DNA from: Callorhinchus milii
Lineage: Eukaryota
Reading direction: 5' to 3'
DNA length: 55,294 bases
NCBI RefSeq assembly: GCF_018977255.1
Contig: NW_024705310.1
Location: 1 to 55,294, forward strand
The translations under genes were made by a program, and so were the position numbers. Below, in pieces: positions 33,301 to 46,085 of the stretch. The notes beneath the pieces were generated by a model that made no database searches, was not told the DNA's origin, and saw only the letters and a program-made list of their open reading frames with translations. Numbering within the stretch: the first letter of the stretch is position 1; every line of letters starts with the position of its first letter.

Positions 33301-36300
33301 TAGAGCCAAGTGGCTCATAGTGCCAAGTGCCTCATAGGTCCAAGTGGCTCATCGGGCCAAGAGGCTCATAGGGCCATGTGGCTCAGAGTGCCAAGTGGCT
33401 CATCGGGCCAAGTTACTCATTGGGTAAAGGGGCACATAGTTCCTAATAACTCATAGTGCCTAGTGCCTTATAAGCCAATAGGCTCACAGGGCCAAGTGGC
33501 TCCTAGGGCCAAGTGGCTCCTAGGGCCAAGTGGCTCCTAGGGCCAAGTGGCTCCTAGGGCCAAGTGGCTCCTAGGGCCAAGTGGCTCCTAGGGCCTAATG
33601 GTTCATAGGGCCAAGTGGCTCCGAGGGCCAAGTGGCTCCTAGGGCCAAATAGCTCCTAGGGCAAGTGGCTTGTAGGGCCAAGTGTCTCATAGGGCCAAGT
33701 TGCTGATTGGGTAAATTGGCTCATAGTCAGCCCATGCGTATCACTGTCCCAAGTGGCAAATAGGATCGACTTGTAGGCCAAGTGGCTCGTAGGGTCAAGT
33801 GGCTCCTAGTGCCAAGTGGCTCATGGGGCCTAATGATTCATAGGGCCAAGTGGCTCCTAGGGCCAAGTGGCTCAGAGGGCCAAGTGACTGGAAGGGACAA
33901 GTAGCTCGTAGGGACAATTGGCTCGTAAGTCCAAGTGGCTCTTAGGAGCCAAGTGGTTCTTAGGGCCAAATTGCTCATAGGGTCAAGTGGCCCATAGGGC
34001 CGGCTCATAGAGCCAAGTGACTCATAGTGTCATGTGCCTTGTGGGGCCATGTGGCTCGTAGTGCCATGTGGCTCGTAGTGCCATGTGGCTCATAGGGCCA
34101 AGTGGCTTGTAGGGCTGACTTGTAGGGCCAAGTGACTCATAGGGCCAAGTCGCTCCTAGGGCAATGTGGCTCAAAGGGCCGTGTGGCTCATAGAGCCTAA
34201 TGGATCTTAGGACCCAGTGGTTCATCGGGCCAAGTAGCTCATAGAGCGAAGTGGCTCGTATGGCCAAGTGGCTCATAGGGTCAAGTAGCTCATAGGCAGC
34301 CCAAGCAACTTGTAGTTCCAATTAGCTCGTAGCACCGGCTCGTCGCGCCAAGTGGCTCCTAGGGCAATGTGGCTCATAGGGCCAAGTGGCCCGTATGGCC
34401 GGCTCATAGTGCCAAGTGGTTCACAGGCCCAAGTGGCTCATAGTACCAAGTGGCTCACAGGCCCAAGTGGCTCATAGTGCCAAGTGGCTCCTAGGGACAA
34501 ATGGTTCATAGAGCGAAGTGGCTCAGAGGTCCAAGTGGCTGATCGGGCCAAGAGGCTCATAGGGCCATGTGGCTCAGAATACCAAGAGGCTCATCGGGCT
34601 AAATTACTCATAGGGTGAAGGGGCACATAGTTCCTAATAACTCATAGTGCTCAGTGCCTTATAAGCCAATAGGCTCATAGGGCCAAGTGGCTCAAAGGGC
34701 CAAGTGGCTCATAGTCCCAAGTGGCTCGTAGGGCTGACTTGTAGGGCCAAGTGGCTCGTAGGGCCAAGTCGCTCCTAGGGCAATGTGGCTCAAAGGGCCT
34801 TGTGGCTCATAGAGCCTAATGGATCTTAGGACCCAGTGGTTCATCGGGCCAAGTAGCTCATAGGGCGAAGTGGCTCGTATGGCCAAGTGGCTCATAGGGT
34901 CAAGTAGCTCATAGGCAGCCCAAGCAACTTGTAGTTCCAATTAGCTCGTAGCACCGGCTCGTCGCGCCAAGTGGCTCCTAGGGCAATGTGGCTCATAGGG
35001 CCAAGTGGCCCGTATGGCCGGCTCATAGTGCCAAGTGGTTCACAGGCCCAAGTGGCTCATAGTACCAAGTGGCTCACAGGCCCAAGTGGCTCATAGTGCC
35101 AAGTGGCTCCTAGGGACAAATGGTTCATAGAGCGAAGTGGCTCAGAGGTCCAAGTGGCTCACAGGGCCAAGTGGCTCACAGGGCCAAGTGGCTCATAGGG
35201 CCAAGTGGCTCCCAGGGCAATGTGGCTCATAGGGCCAAGTGGCCCGTAGGGCCGGCTCATAGTGCCAAGTGGCTCACAGGCCCAAGTGGCTGATAGTGCC
35301 AAGTGGCTCCTAGGGCCAAATGGTTCATAGAGCCAAGTGGCTCATAGTGCCAAGTGCCTCATAGGTCCAAGTGGCTCATCGGGCCAAGAGGCTCATAGGG
35401 CCATGTGGCTCAGAGTGCCAAGTGGCTCATCGGGCCAAGTTACTCATTGGGTAAAGGGGCACATAGTTCCTAATAACTCATAGTGCCTAGTGCCTTATAA
35501 GCCAATAGGCTCACAGGGCCAAGTGGCTCCTAGGGCCAAGTGGCTCCTAGGGCCAAGTGGCTCCTAGGGCCAAGTGGCTCCTAGGGCCAAGTGGCTCCTA
35601 GGGCCAAGTGGCTCCTAGGGCCAAGTGGCTCCTAGGGCCAAGTGGCTCCTAGGGCCAAGTGGCTCCTAGGGCCAAGTGGCTCCTAGGGCCAAGTGGCTCC
35701 TAGGGCCAAGTGGCTCCTAGGGCCAAGTGGCTCCTAGGGCCTAATGGTTCATAGGGCCAAGTGGCTCCGAGGGCCAAGTGGCTCCTAGGGCCAAATAGCT
35801 CCTAGGGCAAGTGGCTTGTAGGGCCAAGTGTCTCATAGGGCCAAGTTGCTGATTGGGTAAATTGGCTCATAGTCAGCCCATGCGTATCACTGTCCCAAGT
35901 GGCAAATAGGATCGACTTGTAGGCCAAGTGGCTCGTAGGGTCAAGTGGCTCCTAGTGCCAAGTGGCTCATGGGGCCTAATGATTCATAGGGCCAAGTGGC
36001 TCCTAGGGCCAAGTGGCTCAGAGGGCCAAGTGACTGGAAGGGACAAGTAGCTCGTAGGGACAATTGGCTCGTAAGTCCAAGTGGCTCTTAGGAGCCAAGT
36101 GGTTCTTAGGGCCAAATTGCTCATAGGGTCAAGTGGCCCATAGGGCCGGCTCATAGAGCCAAGTGACTCATAGTGTCATGTGCCTTGTGGGGCCATGTGG
36201 CTCGTAGTGCCATGTGGCTCGTAGTGCCATGTGGCTCATAGGGCCAAGTGGCTTGTAGGGCTGACTTGTAGGGCCAAGTGACTCATAGGGCCAAGTCGCT

Positions 36301-39300
36301 CCTAGGGCAATGTGGCTCAAAGGGCCGTGTGGCTCATAGAGCCTAATGGATCTTAGGATCCAGTGGTTCATCGGGCCAAGTAGCTCATAGGGCGAAGTGG
36401 CTCGTATGGCCAAGTGGCTCATAGGGTCAAGTAGCTCATAGGCAGCCCAAGCAACTTGTAGTTCCAATTAGCTCGTAGCACCGGCTCGTCGCGCCAAGTG
36501 GCTCCTAGGGCAATGTGGCTCATAGGGCCAAGTGGCCCGTATGGCCGGCTCATAGTGCCAAGTGGTTCACAGGCCCAAGTGGCTCATAGTACCAAGTGGC
36601 TCACAGGCCCAAGTGGCTCATAGTGCCAAGTGGCTCCTAGGGACAAATGGTTCATAGAGCGAAGTGGCTCAGAGGTCCAAGTGGCTGATCGGGCCAAGAG
36701 GCTCATAGGGCCATGTGGCTCAGAATACCAAGAGGCTCATCGGGCTAAATTACTCATAGGGTGAAGGGGCACATAGTTCCTAATAACTCATAGTGCTCAG
36801 TGCCTTATAAGCCAATAGGCTCATAGGGCCAAGTGGCTCAAAGGGCCAAGTGGCTCATAGTCCCAAGTGGCTCGTAGGGCTGACTTGTAGGGCCAAGTGG
36901 CTCGTAGGGCCAAGTCGCTCCTAGGGCAATGTGGCTCAAAGGGCCTTGTGGCTCATAGAGCCTAATGGATCTTAGGACCCAGTGGTTCATCGGGCCAAGT
37001 AGCTCATAGGGCCAAGTGGCTCATAGGGTCAAGTGGCTCATAGGCAGCCCAAGTGACTCGTAGTTCCAATTAGCTCGTAGCACCGGCTCGTAGGGCCAAG
37101 TAGCTCGTCGCGCCAAGTGGCTCCTAGGGCAATGTGGCTCATAGGGCCAAGTGGCCCATATGGTTAGCTCATAGTGCCAAGTGGCTCACAGGCCCAAGTG
37201 GCTCACAGGCCCAAGTGGCTCACAGGCCCAAGTGGCTCACAGGCCCAAGTGGCTCACAGGCCCAAGTGGCTCACAGGCCCAAGTGGCTCACAGGCCCAAG
37301 TGGCTCACAGGCCCAAGTGGCTCACAGGCCCAAGTGGCTCACAGGCCCAAGTGGCTCACAGGCCCAAGTGGCTCACAGGCCCAAGTGGCTCACAGTGCCA
37401 AGTGGCTCACAGTGCCAAGTGGCTCACAGTGCCAAGTGGCTCACAGTGCCAAGTGGCTCACAGTGCCAAGTGGCTCACAGTGCCAAGTGGCTCACAGTGC
37501 CAAGTGGCTCACAGGGCCAAGAGGCTCATAGGGCCATGTGGCTCAGAGTGCCAAGTGGCTCATAGGGTGAAGGGGCACATAGTTCCTAATAACTCATAGT
37601 GCCTAGTGCCTTATATAGGCCAATAGGCTTACAGAGCCAAGTGGCTCATAAGGCCAAGTGGCTGGTAGGGCCAAGTGGCCCATAGGACCAAGTTGCTGAT
37701 TGAGTCAATTGGCTCAGAGGCAGCCCAAGCGGATCATAGTCCCAAGTGACTCGTAGGGCCAAGTGGCTAGCAGGGCCAAGTGGCTCCTAGGGCCAAGTGG
37801 CTCAGAGGGCCTAATGGTTCATGGGGTCAAGTGGCTCCTAGACCCAAGTGGCTGCTAGGGCCAAGTGACTCATAGGGCCAAGTGGCTCAGAGGGCCAAGT
37901 GACTCGTAGTGCCATGTGCCTTGTGGGGTCATGTGGCTCGTAAGGCCAAGTGTCTTATAGGGCCAAGTGGCTCATGGTGCCATGTGGCTCGTAGGGTCAA
38001 GTGGCTCTTAGAGCCAAGTTGCTCAGAGGGCCAAGTGGCTCAAAGGGCCAAGTGGCTCAGAGGGTCAATTGGTTCATAGGTGGCCAAAGTGGCTCATAGT
38101 CCCAAGTGGCTCGTAGGGCCAAGTCGCTCCTAGGGTGAATGGGCACATAGTTCCTGATAACTCATCGTGCCTAGTGGCTTACAGGCCAATTAGCTCAAAA
38201 GGCCAAGTGCTTCATGGGCAAGTGGCTCATAGAGCCTAATGGCACTTAGGTCCCAATGGTTCATAGGGCCAAGTGGCTCATAGGGCCCAGTGGCTCATCG
38301 GGCCAAGTTACTCAAAGGGTGAAGGATCACATAGTTCCTAATAACTCATAGTGCCTAGTGCCTTACAGGCCAATAGGCTCATGGGGCCAAGTGGCTCATA
38401 GGGCCAAGTGGCTAGTAGGGCAAAGTGGCTCATAGGGCCTAATGGTTCATAGTGCCAAGTGGCTGATAGTGCTAAGTGGCTCATTGGGCCATGAGGCTCA
38501 TTGGGCCTAGCGGCACATAGAGCCAAGCAGCATATAGGGCAAAGCGGCTCATATGGTCGAGTGGCTCATAGGTGGCCCAAGCAGCTCGTAGTTCCAAGTG
38601 ACTCTAAGGGCAATGTGGCTCATAGAGCCAAGTGGCTCGTAGCTCCAAGTGACTCCGAGGGCAATGTGGCTCATAGGGCCAACAGGCTCTTAGGGCAAAG
38701 TGGCTCATAGGACCAAGTGGCTCAAAGGGCCAAGTGGCTCACCGGGCCAAGTGGCTCACCGGGCCAAGTGGCTCACAGGGCCAAGTGGCTCACAGGGCCA
38801 AGTGGCTTATAGGGACTAATAGTTCATAGTGCCAAGTGGCTCAATGGGCCATGTGGCTCATAGAGCCTGATGGCTCATAGAGCTCAGTGGCTCATCGGGC
38901 CAAGTTACTCATGGGGTGAAGGGGCACATAGTTCCTAATAACTCCTAGTGCCTAGTGCCCTAGAGGCCAAGGGGCTCATGGAGCCCAGTGGCTCATAGAG
39001 CCTAATGGTTCATAGGGCCAAGTGGCTCATAGGGCCTAGCAGTAGATAGAGCCAAGCAGCATTTAGGGCCAAGTAGCTCATAGCGGCTTGTAGATCCAAT
39101 TAGCTCGTATCGCCGACCCGTTGGGCCAAGTGGCTCATAGCGCCAAGTGAATCCTAGGACAATGTGGCTCATAGGGCCAAGAGGCTCGTCACGCCAACTC
39201 GTAGGGCCAAGTGGCTCGTAGCGCCAAGTGGCTCCTAGGGCAATGTGGCTCATAGGGTCAAGAGGCTCATAGGGCCAAATGGCTCATAGGGTCAAATGGC

Positions 39301-41972
39301 TCATAAGGCCAAGTGGCACAGGGCCAAGTGGCTCACAGGGCCAAGTGGCTCATAGGGCCTAATAAGTCATCATGCCAAGTGGCTCATAGAGTGAAGTGCC
39401 ACATAGGTTTTAATGGCTCATAGTGCCTAGTGCCTTTTAGGCCAATTAGCTCAAAGGGCCAAGTGGCTCATAGAGCTAAAAGGTGCATAGGACCAGGTGG
39501 CACACCGGTCCAAGTACCTCATATGGCCAAGTGGCTCATAGGGCGAAGTGGCTCAAAGAGCCATGTAGCTCATAGAACCTGATGGCACTTAGGGCCCAGT
39601 GGTTTATCAGGCCAAATGGCTCATGGGGCCAAGTGACTGGTAGGGCCAAGCAGCTCATAGGAACCATTGACTCGTAAGTCGAAGTAGCTCTTAGGGGCCA
39701 AGTGGTTCTTAGGACCAAATTGCTCATTGGGTCAAGTGGCCCGTAGGGCCGGCTTGGAGGGCGAAGTGGCTTGTAGTGTCATGTGCTTCCTGGGGCCATG
39801 TGGCTCGTAACGATCATTGGCTCGTAGTGCCAAGTGGCTCCTAGGGCAATGTGGCTCATAGGGCCAAGAGGCTCATAGCGCCGACTCATATGGCCAAGAG
39901 GCTCGTAGCGCCAAGTGGCTCCTAGGGCAATGTGGCTCATAGGGCCAAATGCCTCATAGGGCCAAGTGACTCATAGGGCCAAGTGGCTCACAGGGCTAAG
40001 TGGCTCATAGGGCTTAATAGGTCATAGTGCCAAGTGGCTCACAGAGTAAAGTGGCACATAGGTCCTAATGGCTCATAGTGCCTAGTGGCTTATAGGCCAA
40101 TTAGCTCTAAAGGCCAAGTGGCTAAATGGCGCATAGGGCGCAGTGGCTCATAGGGCGAAGTGGCTCAAAGGGCGAAGTGGCTCAAAGGGCCATGTGGCTC
40201 ATAGAGCCTGATGGCTCTTTGGGCCCAGTGGTTCATCAGGCCAAGTGCCCCATAGGGCTAAGTAGCTCATGGGGCCAAGCGGCTCATGGGGCCAAGCGGC
40301 TCATGGGGCCAAGTGACTAACAGGGCCAAGTAGCTCATAGGGACCATTGGCTCATAAGTCAAAGTGGCTCATAGTCCAAGTGGCTCATAGCGCCATGTGC
40401 CTCTTGGAACGATGTGGCTCGTACGTCCACATGGCTCACATGGCCAAGTGGTTCATACGGCCAAGTGGCTCTTATGGCCAAGTGGCTCATAGGGCCCAGT
40501 TGTGCTTTGGGCCAAATTGCTCATAGGACCAAGTGGCTCATAGGGCCACATCGTGGGGCCAAGTGGCTCATAGATCCTAATGGCTCTTCGGGCCCAGTAG
40601 CTCATAGGGAGAAGTGGCTCATAGGGCCATGTGTCTCATAGAGCCTAATAGCTCTTAGTGCCCAGTGGTTCATTGGTCCAAGTGGCTCACAGGATCAAGT
40701 GGCTCATAGGGCCTAATAGTTCATAGTGCCAAGCGGCTCATAGGGTGAAATGGCACATAGGTCATAATGGCTCATAGTTCACAGTGGCTAATAGGCCAAT
40801 TAGCTCATAGGGCAAGTGGCTCATAGAGCCTAATGGTTCTTAGGGCCCAGTGGCTCACAGGGCAAAGTTTCTCATAGGGCCAATAGGCTCATAGCGCCAA
40901 GTTGCTCATGGGGCCAAGTAACTCATAGGGCCAATAGGCTCATGGAGCCAAATGGTTCATAGTGGCTCACAGGGCGAAATGGCACATAGGGCTAAGTGGC
41001 TCATCAGGCCAAGTAGATCAAAAAACCAAGTGGCTCATAGGTCCAAGTGGCTCAACGGGCAAGAGGCTCATAGGTTGTAGTGGCACATAGTTCCTAATAA
41101 CTCATAATGCCTTGTGCCTTACTGACCAATAGGCTCATAGAGCCAAGTGGCACATGGAGCCAAATGGCTCAAAGGGTGAAGTGGCACATAGTGCCAAGTG
41201 TCTCATGAGGCCAAGTGGATCATGGGGTCAAGTGATTTGTAGGTGCAAGTAGATCGTAGTGTCAAGTGGCTTGTAGGGCCAAATGGCTCGTAGGGCCAAA
41301 TGACTCATAGGGTGAAGGGACACATAGTTCCTAATAACTCATAGTGCCTAGTGCCTTATAGGCCAATAGGCTCACAGAGCCAAGTGGCTCATAAGGCCAA
41401 GTGGATCCTAGGGCCAAGTGGCTCATAGGGCCTAATGGTTCACAGGGCCAAGTGGCTCATATGGCCTAATAGGTCATAGTGCCAAGTCGTTCATGGGGCC
41501 AAGTGATTGGTAGGGCCAAGTAGCTCGTAGGCACCACTGGCTCGAAGTCCAAGTGGCACTTAGGGGCCAAGTGGTTCTTAGGGCCGGCTCATAGGGCCAA
41601 GTTGGCTCATAGTGCCATGAGCCTCGTGGGGCCATGTGGCTTGTAGGCCCAAGTGGATTTTAGTGCCATGTGCCTCGAGGGGCCATGTGGCTCGTAGGGC
41701 CAAGTGGCTCATAAGGCCATGTGGCTTATAGGGTCCAGTGGCTGGAAGGGCCAAGTGGTTCATAGGGCTAAGTAGCTCATTGGGTCAATTGGCTCATAGG
41801 CAGCCCAAGCGTCTCACAGTCCCAAGTGGCAAATAAGGCTGACTCGTAGGACCAAGTGGCTCGTAGGGTCAAGTGGCTCATAGGGCCTAATGGCTTATAG
41901 GCAAGTGACTTCTAGGAACAACTGGCTCATAGGGCCTAATGGCTCATAGGGCCAAGTGGCTCATGGAGCCAA

Positions 41973-44537
41973 AGGAGTGAGGAGGGGGTAGAGAGTCGAA
42001 AGGGGAGCTGAAGGCACGGTCAAAGAGAAAGGTCTTGAGACTGGCCTTCAAGGAGGAAAGGGAGGAGGCAAGGTGAAGGCACTGGGGGATAGAGTTCCAG
42101 AGCCTCGGGGCTGAGAGGCTGAAGGCCCGGCCACCGATGGTAGGGCGGTTGGGGCGGGGGATGTGGAGCAGACCGGAGCCAGAGTAACGGAGGGTACGGG
42201 CAGGTAGGTAGGGGGATAGTAGGTCGGAGAGGTAGTAGGGAGCGAGGCCATGAATGGCCTTGTAGGTGAGGATGAGGATCTTGAAATCGATCCTCTGGGG
42301 GATGGGGAGCCAGTGGAGGCGAGCGAGGGTGAGGGCGAGGGTGGGAGTGATGTGTTCCCGAAGCCTGGTGCGGGACAGTACACAAGCTGCAGAGTTCTGA
42401 ATGACCTGCAGTGTGGAGGGAGGGCCGGGAAGGCCGACGAGGAGAGAGTTCCCATAGTCCAGCCTTGAGGTGATAAAGGTGTGGACCAGAGTTTCAGCCG
42501 CGTGAGGGGTGAGGTAGTGCCGTAGTCTGGCGACATTCCGGAGGTGATGGAAGGCGGTGCCAGTTGTGACGTGGATATGAGGGAGAAAGGACAGCTCAGG
42601 GTCGAACAGAACCCCGAGGTTCCTGATGGCTTTGAGAGGTGGAGAGTGCAGCCTTGGATGCTGATGCTGTCAGCGCCTGAGGTGCGGAGGCGCTGACGTG
42701 AGCCAATCAGGAGGGCCTCAGTTTTACGCACGTTGAGCTGAAGAAAGTTGTCTCTCGTCCAGGACTCGATGTCGGACAGACAGCTGTCAGGACATTGGGG
42801 GTCTTGGAGTTGAGGGTAGAGTTGGGTGTCATCCGCACACATGTGGAAGTTAACCCCATGTCTGCGGATGATGTCACCAAGTGGGAGCATATAGAGGGTG
42901 AAGAGGAGAGGACAGAGCCCTGAGGGACACCGCACGAGACAGTGCGGGGGGGGAGGAAAAACCATTCGTGGAAACAAAGTGAAGACGGTGGGAGAGGTAC
43001 GACCTTAACCACTCAAGGACAGGGCCTTGAAGGTTGAGGTGGGAGGACAAGCGGTGGAGGAGGATAGCGTGGTCGACCGTATCGAATGCTGCCGATAGGT
43101 CGAGGAAGACGAGGAGGCAGAGGGAGCCCTGGTCACAGATGGTCAGGATATCATTGGTGACCTTGACCAGGGCAGTTTCTGTGCTATGGGCAGCACGGAA
43201 ACACGACTGAAGGGGTTCGAATAATGAATAGATGGAGAGAAAAGAGCGCAGCAGAACGGCCACAACTCGTTCCAGGACCTTGGACAGGAAGGGGAGGTTG
43301 GAGATGGGCTGGAGATTGATAGCTGCAACGGATCAAGAGAGGGTTTTTTCAAGGTGGGAGAGATGGTGGCATTTTTTAAGGGAATGGGAACAGAGCCAGA
43401 GGAGAAGGACAGGTTGACGATGTCTGTGATATGTGGGGCACGACAAGGAGGTGGAGCTGAGAGATAAGGAATGGAGTGGGGATGGGGTCAAGGGAGCAGG
43501 TGGTGGGTTTCAGGGATAGGATGAGTTTGGTGACAGAGGTTGGGGAAACGGATACAAAAGTGTGTAGGGGAGGATGGGTAGGAGTCGGAGTGTGGGAGGG
43601 AGTGGGTGGGGGGTGGGTGGAAGTTGGAGGGGAAGTGACCGCCGAGTGAATTCCCTTGATTTTGGATTCAAGGAAATCCAGCATCTCCTCACAGTGAAGG
43701 TTGGAGGAGATGACCTGCGCGGGGTGGTGGGGGGGGGACGGAGGAGTTGGGATGTGGTAGAAAACAATAGCCTGGGGTTGTTCTTCGCCTCCAAGGATGA
43801 GATCGTTGATGACCAGGGCCTTGTTACAGAGGGAGCGGACGTTTTGTAGTCCGATGTGGAGGGAGCGGTTGACAGAAAGGTGTGTGGGAGGGGAGGGGGT
43901 CCAGGTTGTGAAGCAGGGGTGGGGGAAATGGAGATAAGGGAGGAGAGGTTGGCTCCCCGGGTCTGTGTCCGGGGTGGCTGGCGAGTGTGGTGGGGAATGG
44001 GGCAGTCGGTGTGGCTGCTCCTGGACAGCCAAGGCCGAGTGCCACGGTGAGCCCGGCCGGCGGAGGATTCGCAGGCTGGAGCAGAGGGAGGTTGTGGGAG
44101 GGTCAAGTGGGGATAGAAAGCGAGAGGGACGGAGAGAGAGGAGGACAGAGCGGGAGAGATGCAGAAGGAGGAGAGTTTGGGGGTAGAGAGGAGGGAGGAG
44201 GGAGGGAGGGGGTGAGGGTTCTCGGGTCAAAGCGGCAGCCATAGTGCGCACGCGGGGACCGGGAGTGAGCGGTCAGGTGAATGGCATTATCCCATAGGCT
44301 GGGGCAGCCAACCCAACAGGTCCATGGTGGGCCCTGATATGAGCCCTGGGGGGAGAGGGTTTTTTTTTTTGCGCGCGCACACTCCTGAAAACTAAACTAT
44401 GACGTCAGCGGTTCCCCCGCTCTGCCCCCACAGCCCTGTGTACTCCCTGCCGCCGCGACCTTAAATACCTGGGTAGGTAGGCCCAGGCTCCTCCACGCGC
44501 TGTCCTGCCACCGCTCCCCGTGTGCAGGGAGAGAGAG
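41973..44537 (-). mobile_element. L2 LINE with retained 5' end, internal endonuclease deletion and truncated 3' tail
   Basis: HIGLQNVRSLCNKALVINDLIL is joined directly to LEAKNNPRLLFSTT; RT motifs [19 protein letters not shown] and [11 protein letters not shown] follow. Confidence 0.9.
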
Positions 44538-46085
44538 TCTCTCATAGGGACTAATGGCTCAAAGGGCCAAGTTACTCATAGAGTGCAGGGTCATATAGTT
44601 CCTAATAACTCATAGTGCATAGTGACTTACAGGCCAATAGGCTCATGGGGCCAAGTGGCTCATAGGGCCAAGTGGGTCATGGAGTCAATTCGCTCATAGG
44701 CGGCCCAAGTGGCTCATAGTCCGAAGTGGCTCGTAGGGCCGACTCATAGGGCCAAGTCGCTCCTAAGGCAATGTGGCTCAAAGGGCCCAGTGGCTCATCA
44801 GGCCAAGTTACTCATAGGGTGAAGAGGCACATAGTTCCTAATAACTCATATTGCCTAGTGCCTTATAGGCCAATAGGCTCATAAAACCAAGTGGCTCATA
44901 GGGCCAAGTGGTTCCTAGGGCCAAGTGGCTCATAGGGCCTAATGGTTCATAGGGCCAAGTGGCTCATATGGTCAAGTGATTCATAGGGCCAAGTAGTTTG
45001 TAGTCACCATTGGCTCGTATGTCCAAGTGGCTCTTAGGGGCCAAGTGGTTCTTACGGCCGGCTCGTAGGGCCAAGTGGCTCGTAGTGCCATGTGCCTCGT
45101 GGGGCCATGTGGCTCGTAGGGCCAAGTGGCTCATAAGGCCATGTGGCTCGTAGGGTCAAGTGGCTGGTACGGCCAAGTGGCTCATAGGGCCAAGTTGCTG
45201 ATTGGGTCAATTGGTTCATAGGCAGTCCAAGCGGATCATAGTCCCAAGTGGCAAATAGGGCCGACCCGTAGGTCCAAGTGGCTCGTAGGGCCAAGTGGCT
45301 CATAAGGCCATGTGGCTCGTAGGGCCAAGTGGCTCATAAGGCCATGTGGCTCGTAGGGTCAAGTGGCTGGTAGGGCCAAGTGGCTCATAGGACCAAGTTG
45401 CTGATTGGGTCAATTGGTTCATAGGCAGTCCAAGCGGATCATAGTCCCAAGTGGCAAATAGGGCCGACCCGTAGGTCCAAGTAGCTCGTTGGGCCAAGTG
45501 GCTCCTAGGGCCAAGTGGCTCATAGGGCTTCATGGTTCATAGGGTCAATTGGCTCCTAGGGCCAAGTAGCTCAGAGGGCCATCTGACTGGAAGGGACAAG
45601 TAGCTTGAAGGGATAATTGGCTTGTAAGTCCAAGTGGCTCTTAGGAGCCAAGTGGTTCTTAGGGCCAAATTGCTCACAGGGTCAAGTGGTTCGTAGGACC
45701 AAGTGACTTGTAGTGCCATATGCCTTGTGGGGTCATGTGGCTCGTGGGGTCAAGTGGCTCAAAGGGCCAAGTGGGTCATAGGGTCAATTGGCTCATAGGT
45801 GGCCCAAGTGGCTCATAGTCCCAAGTGGCTCGTAGGGCCGACTCATAGGGCCTAGTGGTTCGTAGAGCTATGTCACTCCGAGGGTAATGTGGCTCAAAGG
45901 GCCGTGTGGCTCATAAAGCCTAATGGATCTTAGGGCCCAGTGGTTCATCGGACCAAGTAGCTCACAGGACCAAGTGGCTCGTAGGGCCAAATGGCTCATA
46001 GGGCTAACTTAGGGTGATGTGGCACATAGTTCCTGATAACTCATCGTGCCTAGTTGCTTATAGGCCAATAAGCTCAAACGGCCAA

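Noticed and set aside
30359..41972. CRISPR-like array or CENP-B-box array suggested by the regular short repeats
   Set aside because: Monomers are head-to-tail with no unique spacers, there are no cas genes, and the context is eukaryotic. The 17-mer does not match the CENP-B box (TTCG....A..CGGG); the equal length is coincidental.
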